This document shows, piece by piece, positions 57,038 through 64,000 of a DNA stretch of 64,000 bases. The notes beneath the pieces are model-generated. The model saw nothing but the letters and a program-made list of their open reading frames with translations, searched no databases and was not told where the DNA came from. The translations under genes and the position numbers were made by a program. The stretch covers positions 2,888-66,887 of the forward strand of contig JAFUNJ010000001.1 in assembly GCA_017482355.1 (NCBI GenBank), read 5' to 3'. How positions within the stretch are numbered: position 1 is the stretch's first letter; each line of letters begins with the position of its first letter. This DNA is from Clostridia bacterium (GTDB taxonomy: Bacteria; Bacillota; Clostridia; Oscillospirales; CAG-272).

Positions 57038-57622
57038 ATAGCAGCGAAAGGCAACTCAAAGGATATGACAATAAACGAGGCGATCTTCACCCTCCCCGGC
57101 TTCAGCCGTCAGAAGCAGGTCCGAGTAATCGGTCCCGACGGTGAGCAGATCGGCGTTATCAGTGCGATCTCCGCGCTCGAAAACGCGTACGATAAGGGTT
57201 ATGATCTCGTTCTTATCGCTCCTCAGGGCGAGATACCCGTATGCCGTATTATGGACTACGGAAAGTTCCGCTTCGAGCGCGACAAGAAGGAGAAGGAAGC
57301 AAGAAAGAAGCAGCAGATCGCCGAGATAAAGGAGATCCAGCTTTCCTGCCATATCGACGTAAACGACTTCAATACGAAGGTAAAGGCCGCGCTCCGTTTC
57401 CTTTCAAACGGAGACAAGGTAAGAGTTATGGTCAGATTCAGAGGCCGTCAGCTCAGCCACACCGAGCTCGGAATCGAGCTTCTTAAGAAGTTTGAAGAAG
57501 CGTGTGCGGAAAAGGGAAGCGTCGATAAGCAGCCCGCTATGGAGGGCAGATCTATGATCATGTTCCTCTCCCCCATCAAGCCAGGCAAAAATAAGCCGAA
57601 GGCAGAAAAACCTACCGAATAA
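57038..57622 (+). CDS. infC: translation initiation factor IF-3
   Basis: INEAI, VCRIMDYGKFRFE, GDKV...FRGR; GGAGGTG RBS points to a non-canonical ATA start at 57038. Confidence 0.93.
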   Translation: MAAKGNSKDMTINEAIFTLPGFSRQKQVRVIGPDGEQIGVISAISALENAYDKGYDLVLIAPQGEIPVCRIMDYGKFRFERDKKEKEARKKQQIAEIKEIQLSCHIDVNDFNTKVKAALRFLSNGDKVRVMVRFRGRQLSHTELGIELLKKFEEACAEKGSVDKQPAMEGRSMIMFLSPIKPGKNKPKAEKPTE

Positions 57623-57718
57623 CAGTCGCGTTTGCGACACAGCGGGTCGGCTTCGACGGTGACCGAAGTCGGTATTCGCCCGAAAAAATACAGAAGTCAT
57701 CGGGAAATGGAAAACAAA

Positions 57719-57910
57719 ATGGCTAAGATCAAGACACATAAGGCATCGTCCAAGAGATTCTCTCTCACCAAGAGCGGCAAGGTTAAGTTCAACCATATCA
57801 ACCGCCGTCATCAGACCAACCTTAAGACAACCAAGCGCAAGAGACACCTCCGTAAGGCAGGATACCTCAGCGAATCCATGGCTCCCAACGTAAGAGCAAT
57901 GATCGGTTGA
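57719..57910 (+). CDS. rpmI: 50S ribosomal protein L35
   Basis: MAKIKTHKASSKRFSLTKSGK. Confidence 0.95.
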   Translation: MAKIKTHKASSKRFSLTKSGKVKFNHINRRHQTNLKTTKRKRHLRKAGYLSESMAPNVRAMIG

Positions 57911-57941
57911 TCAACTACCAAAAAACAGGAGGAATTAAGAA

Positions 57942-58295
57942 ATGGCAAGAGTAAAGGGTGCGGTTACTACCCGCGCAAGAAGAAATAAAGTTCTCAAGCT
58001 CGCAAAGGGTTACTGGGGTTCTAAGTCCAAGCACTTCAAGATGGCTAAGCAGGCCGTAATGAAGAGCGGCAACTATGCATTTGCAGGAAGAAAGATGAAG
58101 AAGAGAGACTTCCGTTCTCTCTGGATCACCCGTATCTCCGCTCAGGCGAAGGTTAACGGTATGAACTATTCTCAGTTCATGCACGGTCTTAAGCTCGCAG
58201 GCATCAACCTTAACAGAAAGATGCTCGCTGAGCTCGCAGTTTCCGATAAGGAAGCATTCGCAGCACTCGTTGAGAAGGCAAAGGCAGCTAAGTAA
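57942..58295 (+). CDS. rplT: 50S ribosomal protein L20
   Basis: MARVKG...LAKGYWG...FRSLWITRI. Confidence 0.97.
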   Translation: MARVKGAVTTRARRNKVLKLAKGYWGSKSKHFKMAKQAVMKSGNYAFAGRKMKKRDFRSLWITRISAQAKVNGMNYSQFMHGLKLAGINLNRKMLAELAVSDKEAFAALVEKAKAAK

Positions 58296-58300
58296 TAATT

Positions 58301-58574
58301 TAGGGTTGAGCGGCGTATCCGAGCCCGCCTTACGGCGGTGTATTTCGGTTATTTTTGTCCGCTTTATCCATGCAAGGTCTTACCTTGCTTCGTCCAAATC
58401 GTCCAAAAATTCCTCGAAATATCCTCGCCGTAAGGTCAAGGATTTTTGAAAGTCGGACGGTCGATCAGACGAGGCAAAAGACGAAGCCAATATAAGATAT
58501 TGGCGAGTGTTTTAACGATGAATGGGCGGCTGTCCGACTTTCAAAAACGAGTTCGGATATGTCGCTCTACCCTA
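58301..58574 (+). mobile_element. 274-bp MITE-like structured element
   Basis: TA-bounded terminal inverted repeats TAGGGTTGAGCGGCGTATCCGAGC / GTTCGGATATGTCGCTCTACCCTA enclosing two long hairpins; non-coding. Confidence 0.65.
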
Positions 58575-58575
58575 T

Positions 58576-58603
58576 GAAAAAACCCGGCTTCGCCCGGGTT
58601 TTT
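58576..58603 (+). terminator. intrinsic terminator of the rplT operon
   Basis: AAAAACCCGG-CTTCGC-CCGGGTTTTT. Confidence 0.75.
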
Positions 58604-58629
58604 GCTATATTTATAATTGGAGAAAAATT

Positions 58630-59421
58630 ATGCTTATAACGAGCAGGAGCAACCCTCTTATAATTGAAACGGCTTCTCTTAAAGAAAAAAAGTACCGCGC
58701 AAAAAGCTCGCTCTTTATTTTCGAGGGCGTGAAGCTTTTTGATGAAGCGGTAAAAAAGGGCGTTGAGCTTGTGCGTGTTTTTGCGACCGAAAAGATGACG
58801 GAATACTGCAAAAACAGTGCTTTTAAGGGCGAAATCATCACCGTTTCGAACGGCGTTTACGAAAAGCTGTCGAACGAAAAAGCGCCCGAGGGAATAATTT
58901 GTGTCGCAAAATATATTGACAAATCCCACAATATGAATAAAATATATAATAAGGAAGAGTTTGAAAACAGCGAAAAGAGGGTCATAATTCTTTCCTCGCT
59001 TCGCGATCCAGGTAACCTCGGAACGATAATCCGTTCTGCTTCGGCGTTCGGAGTTGACGAGATAATAATGAGCTCGGACTGCGCGGATATATATAATCCG
59101 AAGACGGTCAGAGCCGCTATGGGAACTCTTTTTTCGCAGAGCGTGTCGTACGTAGACAATCTCTCTTCTACCGTAAGGGAAATGAATGAGGGCGGATATA
59201 CGACGCTTGCCGCAGTCTTAGACGATAAGGCGAAGGCGCTGAATGACGTCGAGATCAGCAGGAAAACTGCGTTTATAATCGGAAACGAAGGTCACGGGAT
59301 CGCCCCCGACGTGATCGAAAGTGCGTCGGGAACGGTCTATATACCGATGGAAACGGGTGTTGAGTCGCTTAACGCCGCTATTGCCGCGTCGGTATTTATG
59401 TGGCAAGCATATAAAGGATAA
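58630..59421 (+). CDS. TrmH/SpoU family RNA methyltransferase
   Basis: DPGNLGTIIRSA, IGNEGHG, VESLNAAIA. Confidence 0.92.
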   Translation: MLITSRSNPLIIETASLKEKKYRAKSSLFIFEGVKLFDEAVKKGVELVRVFATEKMTEYCKNSAFKGEIITVSNGVYEKLSNEKAPEGIICVAKYIDKSHNMNKIYNKEEFENSEKRVIILSSLRDPGNLGTIIRSASAFGVDEIIMSSDCADIYNPKTVRAAMGTLFSQSVSYVDNLSSTVREMNEGGYTTLAAVLDDKAKALNDVEISRKTAFIIGNEGHGIAPDVIESASGTVYIPMETGVESLNAAIAASVFMWQAYKG

Positions 59422-59426
59422 TTTAA

Positions 59427-60689
59427 ATGATATTGAAAGAGAATTCAACTTTATATTGGCTTTGGCTTCAGAATCTCACCGGCGAGGGCTCGGTGCTTCC
59501 CGAGATGCTTATATCACATTTCGGCTCGATCGAAAGGGTGTATGAAGCGGACGAGCAGGACTTCGAGCAGGTCCCCGGTATAACGGCGCGCTCCGTTAAG
59601 AAGCTTGCCGATAAGTCGCTTGATAAGGCGAGAGAGATACTTGCATACTGTAAGAATGCTGGCGTCGGTATTCTGACTCCCGATTCCGCGCTTTATCCGA
59701 AACGCCTGAACAGGATCCAATGTAAGCCGGCAGTTCTTTATTATAAGGGCGTAATGGTCGATCTCGACCGCGAGGTTTGTATAGCTGAGGTCGGAACGAG
59801 AGAGATGACCGAATACGGCTCGCGTACCGCTTATACGATGGCTTACGATATGGCGCGCGGCGGCGCGGTAGTCGTCAGCGGTATGGCAAAGGGTGTCGAC
59901 GGAATGGCACACAGAGGTGCTCTTGACGCAGGCGGTTACACCGTTGCGGTGCTTGGTTGCGGAATTGACCGCGCATATCCGAACGAGCACGTCGGACTTA
60001 TGAAGGAAATAATCGGTTGCGGCGTCGTTATGACGGAATACCGTCCCTTTACTCCGCCTATAGGCAGAAATTTCCCGATGAGAAACAGGATAGTCAGCGG
60101 TCTGTCTCTCGGTACTCTCGTTATCGAAGCCCCGAAAAAGAGCGGCGCATTGATAACGGCAGAGACCGCGCTCAAGCAGGGAAGAGATGTTTTCGCCCTA
60201 CCCGGCAAGGTCGGTGAAATGAGCAGTGAAGGGAGCAACCATCTTATCAGAAACGGTGCAAAGATGGTAACGGGTGCGACGGATATTCTTGTTGAATATC
60301 AGAACCTCTATCCGACTAAAATAGATCTGAACAAAATTACCGCAATAAAATCGCGCAACTTTGCGCCCGCATCGTTCGTTGCGACCGAGCTTCCTGTTTT
60401 TCCCGAAAAGCGCAAGGAAAGCGCTGAAAAGCGTGCTTCTCTGTCCGCAAAGGAAATGACGAAGCCCGTAAAGGAAGAGAAGGAAGAAAAGCCGTACACG
60501 CTTCCGTTGGGCGTTGAGGGCAAGCAGCTTGAGATTCTGACGCTTCTTATGAACGAGGGCGAAATGACCTCCGATATGATCGCGTCAAAGACGGGAAGCC
60601 CGATAACCGATATCCTCGTCGAGCTTACGATGCTCGAAATAATGGGACACATAAGCGCAAACCCCGGCGGTACATATAAATTAAGTTAA
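59427..60689 (+). CDS. dprA: DNA-processing protein DprA
   Basis: VSGMAKGVDG, FPMRNRIVSGLS, SGALITA, C-terminal winged helix. Confidence 0.93.
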   Translation: MILKENSTLYWLWLQNLTGEGSVLPEMLISHFGSIERVYEADEQDFEQVPGITARSVKKLADKSLDKAREILAYCKNAGVGILTPDSALYPKRLNRIQCKPAVLYYKGVMVDLDREVCIAEVGTREMTEYGSRTAYTMAYDMARGGAVVVSGMAKGVDGMAHRGALDAGGYTVAVLGCGIDRAYPNEHVGLMKEIIGCGVVMTEYRPFTPPIGRNFPMRNRIVSGLSLGTLVIEAPKKSGALITAETALKQGRDVFALPGKVGEMSSEGSNHLIRNGAKMVTGATDILVEYQNLYPTKIDLNKITAIKSRNFAPASFVATELPVFPEKRKESAEKRASLSAKEMTKPVKEEKEEKPYTLPLGVEGKQLEILTLLMNEGEMTSDMIASKTGSPITDILVELTMLEIMGHISANPGGTYKLS

Positions 60690-60710
60690 ATTCCTATCAG
60701 GAGAAAATAA

Positions 60711-62960
60711 ATGGCAAATCTTGTAATAATCGAGTCACCCTTCAAGGCGCCGACGATAAAGAACTATCTCGGCTCAAACTATAAGGTGGTCGCGTCAAAG
60801 GGACACCTTCGCGATCTTCCGAAAAGCTCTCTCGGAGTTGATATTGAAAACGGCTTTGACGCTCATTATATCAATATACGCGGTAAGGGCGACATTATAA
60901 AGGAACTGAAAAAAGAAGCGAAGAACGCGTCGAAGATATACTTCGCAACGGACCCTGACCGCGAAGGCGAGGCGATCTCCTGGCATCTTGCAAACGTTCT
61001 CGGTATTCCGATCGAAAAGACGAGAAGAATAACCTTTAACGAGCTTACCAAGACCGCGATAAAGAGTGCGATCAAGGAGCCACGTAATATTGACCTCGAG
61101 CTTGTCAATTCGCAGCAGGCGAGAAGAATTCTTGACAGAATCGTCGGCTATAAGCTTTCCCCGTTCCTGTGGAAAACCGTTCGCTCGGGTCTTTCGGCAG
61201 GGCGCGTTCAGTCGGTTGCGACGAGAATAATAGTCGACCGCGAAAACGAGATAAACGCATTCGTTCCTCAGGAATATTGGACGCTTGACGCACTTCTTAA
61301 TACCGCGTCGGGCGCTGCTCTGACGGCTCATTATTACGGTAAGAACGGCAAGAAAAACGAGCTTAAGAACGAAAAGGACGCAAAAGCGGTCTATGATGCA
61401 GTTTCGGGTCAGACCTTTACCGTTATGTCGGTAAAGAAGACCGTTAAGCAGAGAAATCCCCTTCCGCCCTTCACGACCTCTACTATGCAGCAGGAGGCGT
61501 CTAAGAAGCTCGGCTTCAATTCGCAGAAGATAATGAAGGTCGCGCAGGAGCTTTACGAGGGTATCAACGTCGGAAGCTCAAACGGTGGCGTTCAGGGTCT
61601 TATCACCTATATGCGTACCGACTCGCTCCGTGTTTCCGATGAGGCGGCAGAGAACGCAAAGAATTATATTGTCGAAAAGTACGGCGAAAATCACTGCCCC
61701 AAGACGAAGAGAGTATATAAGACGAAGGCAGGAGCGCAGGACGCGCACGAGGCGATCCGTCCGTCGAACATCGCGCTTGAGCCGGATACGATAAAGAAAT
61801 ATCTCACATCCGACCAGTATAAGCTTTATAAGCTTATTTTCAGCCGCTTCATCGCATCGCAGATGGCGTCTGCACAGGTCGACACCGTAAACGCCGAGAT
61901 CTCGGTCGGCGCGTATAACTTCCGTGCGTCGGGATCGTCGGTCAAGTTTGCCGGCTTTATGGCTGTTTACGATTACGTTGAGGAGGGCGAGGAGAGAAAG
62001 GGACTTCTTCCCGAGATAAAGGAAAACGATATCCTTGCCTGCCGCTCCCTTAACCCCGCGCAGCACTTCACGGAGCCGCCCGCGCGCTTCAACGAGGGCT
62101 CGCTCATCAAGTTCTTTGAAGAAAAGGGAATAGGCAGACCCTCGACCTACGTGCCTATCGTTACGACGATAATCTCGCGCGGATATGTAGCGCGTGAGGG
62201 TAAGTCGCTCAAGCCCACGCAGCTCGGATTCGTTACGACCAAGCTTATGGTAGAGCATTTCCCTGACATCGTTGACTATGAGTTCACGGCACAGATGGAG
62301 GACTCCCTCGACAGTATCGCAGGCGGTGACACCGATATGATAACCGTCCTTTCCGAATTCTATCAGGGCTTCAGCGAGCATCTGGCGAAGGCAGAAGCGA
62401 CGGTCGAAAAGGAAGAGGTCGAGGTTCCCGTCGTCGAGACCGACATTATCTGCGACAAGTGCGGAGCGAAAATGATAATCCGTCAGGGCAGATACGGCAA
62501 ATTCGCCGCTTGCCCGAATTATCCCGAATGTAAGAACACAAAGCCGATCGACAAGGACGGCAAGGAGCTTGTGAAGAAGGATACCGCCGAAAAGACCGAT
62601 ATGGTCTGCGAGGTTTGCGGCAAGGAAATGCTTAAGCGCAAGGGTCGTTACGGCGAATTCTACGCTTGCTCCGATTATCCGAGATGTAAAAATACGAAGC
62701 CGATCCTCCGCCCGATAGGTGTGAACTGTCCGAAGTGCGGCGGAAATATCGTGCTTCGTAACGGCAAAAACAGAAGCGTCTATTATTCCTGCGAGAATTA
62801 CCCGTCCTGCGATTTTAGCTCGTGGGATAAGCCGGTAAACGAGACATGTCCCGAATGCGGTAAGATCCTTTACTATAAGAAGGGCAAGAATCAGCTCGTT
62901 TGCGCAGAGAAGGACTGCGGATTTAAGAAGGAAATTTCCCCTGAAAATTATGAAAACTGA
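60711..62960 (+). CDS. topA: DNA topoisomerase I
   Basis: [31 protein letters not shown]-terminal Zn ribbons. Confidence 0.96.
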   Translation: MANLVIIESPFKAPTIKNYLGSNYKVVASKGHLRDLPKSSLGVDIENGFDAHYINIRGKGDIIKELKKEAKNASKIYFATDPDREGEAISWHLANVLGIPIEKTRRITFNELTKTAIKSAIKEPRNIDLELVNSQQARRILDRIVGYKLSPFLWKTVRSGLSAGRVQSVATRIIVDRENEINAFVPQEYWTLDALLNTASGAALTAHYYGKNGKKNELKNEKDAKAVYDAVSGQTFTVMSVKKTVKQRNPLPPFTTSTMQQEASKKLGFNSQKIMKVAQELYEGINVGSSNGGVQGLITYMRTDSLRVSDEAAENAKNYIVEKYGENHCPKTKRVYKTKAGAQDAHEAIRPSNIALEPDTIKKYLTSDQYKLYKLIFSRFIASQMASAQVDTVNAEISVGAYNFRASGSSVKFAGFMAVYDYVEEGEERKGLLPEIKENDILACRSLNPAQHFTEPPARFNEGSLIKFFEEKGIGRPSTYVPIVTTIISRGYVAREGKSLKPTQLGFVTTKLMVEHFPDIVDYEFTAQMEDSLDSIAGGDTDMITVLSEFYQGFSEHLAKAEATVEKEEVEVPVVETDIICDKCGAKMIIRQGRYGKFAACPNYPECKNTKPIDKDGKELVKKDTAEKTDMVCEVCGKEMLKRKGRYGEFYACSDYPRCKNTKPILRPIGVNCPKCGGNIVLRNGKNRSVYYSCENYPSCDFSSWDKPVNETCPECGKILYYKKGKNQLVCAEKDCGFKKEISPENYEN

Positions 62961-64000
62961 CGTTATTCACGTTATCGGAGCGGGACTTGCCGGCTCCGAG
63001 GCGGCATATCAGGCGGCGAAGATGGGCTGTGATGTCATTCTTCACGAGATGAAGCCGCAAAAATATTCACCTGCGCATCACTATCAGGGAATGGCGGAGC
63101 TTGTATGCTCAAACTCTCTGCGCTCGCTTCAGTTGACGAATGCGGTAGGGCTTCTTAAAGAGGAGCTTCGGATCCTCGGCTCGCTCATTATGGAGGCGGC
63201 TGATGCAACATCTGTCCCTGCAGGCGCGGCGCTTGCGGTAGACAGATACAAATTCTCCGACTACGTAACAAAGAAGATACGCTCGATGCCGAATATCACC
63301 GTCGCCTCAGGCGAGGTGACCGAGCTTCCGACTGACGGGATCACCGTTGTCGCAACAGGTCCTCTTACCTCGGACGCGTTTGCTAAGCACCTCGGTGAGC
63401 TGCTTGGAGAAAGCTACCTCAGCTTCTTCGACGCGGCGGCGCCGATAGTCGATGCCTCGACTATTGATATGAGCAAGGCGTATTTCGCCTCACGCTACGG
63501 CAAGGGCGATCCCTGCTATATCAACTGTCCGATGGAAAAGGACGAATACGACGCCTTTTACGAGGCGCTGATAAGCGCGGAGGAAGCACAGCTTAAGGAA
63601 TTTGACCGCGAAAGTCAGAAGGATATAACGGTATTCGAGGGCTGTATGCCCGTTGAGGTAATGGCAAAGAGAGGACGCGAAACGCTCCTTTTCGGACCGC
63701 TTAAGCCGGTAGGGCTTCCTTATCCAGGAACAGACCGCGATCCCTACGCCGTGATCCAGCTCCGTCAGGAAAATGCCGAGAAAACGATGTACAACCTCGT
63801 CGGCTTCCAGACGCACCTGACATTTGAATCGCAAAGACGCGTATTCAGAATGATCCCCGGTCTACACAATGCGGAATTTCTCCGCTACGGCGTGATGCAC
63901 AGAAACACTTATATAAATTCCCCTAAGCTGCTTAATTCCGACTACTCGCTTGTGAGTAACGGAAATATATATTTTGCAGGACAGATGACGGGCGTAGAGG
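62950..64000 (+). CDS. trmFO: tRNA (uracil-5)-methyltransferase TrmFO (partial)
   Basis: [46 protein letters not shown]; runs off the window. Confidence 0.93.
   Translation, partial: MKTDVIHVIGAGLAGSEAAYQAAKMGCDVILHEMKPQKYSPAHHYQGMAELVCSNSLRSLQLTNAVGLLKEELRILGSLIMEAADATSVPAGAALAVDRYKFSDYVTKKIRSMPNITVASGEVTELPTDGITVVATGPLTSDAFAKHLGELLGESYLSFFDAAAPIVDASTIDMSKAYFASRYGKGDPCYINCPMEKDEYDAFYEALISAEEAQLKEFDRESQKDITVFEGCMPVEVMAKRGRETLLFGPLKPVGLPYPGTDRDPYAVIQLRQENAEKTMYNLVGFQTHLTFESQRRVFRMIPGLHNAEFLRYGVMHRNTYINSPKLLNSDYSLVSNGNIYFAGQMTGVE

Noticed and set aside
58522-58629. N-terminal extension of TrmH
   Set aside because: It overlaps the MITE-like element and the terminator; homology starts at MLITS (58630).

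Overview
Chromosomal window from a spore-forming Clostridia-type Firmicute (spoIIR, spoIVB; probably an Oscillospirales-like gut/rumen lineage, by inference). Housekeeping blocks (tRNA-Arg/tRNA-His, prs, L20 leader-infC-rpmI-rplT, TrmH, dprA-topA-trmFO) and AraC-controlled sugar-catabolic clusters are interspersed with small accessory insertions that carry no integrase. The most striking locus is a 10-kb two-gene operon (15.6-25.4 kb). It encodes a membrane-anchored single-cohesin protein and a ~2840-aa secreted dockerin protein with a long Cys/His-repeat stalk and a BspA-type LRR tip, with no recognisable glycoside hydrolase domain. It looks like a non-cellulosomal cohesin-dockerin adhesin display system, and it sits between a heavy-metal P-type ATPase and a TetR gene that share the same operator sequence. 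Other notable items: a BcgI-like type IIB R-M system headed by a ribbon-helix-helix gene with palindromic operators over its promoter; a 1.1-kb cassette flanked by a 31-bp direct repeat; a nitrilase-GDPD fusion; a NifU-like/GGGtGRT operon; a Phd-Doc toxin-antitoxin pair and a zeta-like pair; a 274-bp Y-shaped MITE-like element after rplT; and three REP-like palindrome families. No CRISPR array, rRNA, integrase or transposase was seen. All assignments are from motif recognition by eye; no database searches were run.
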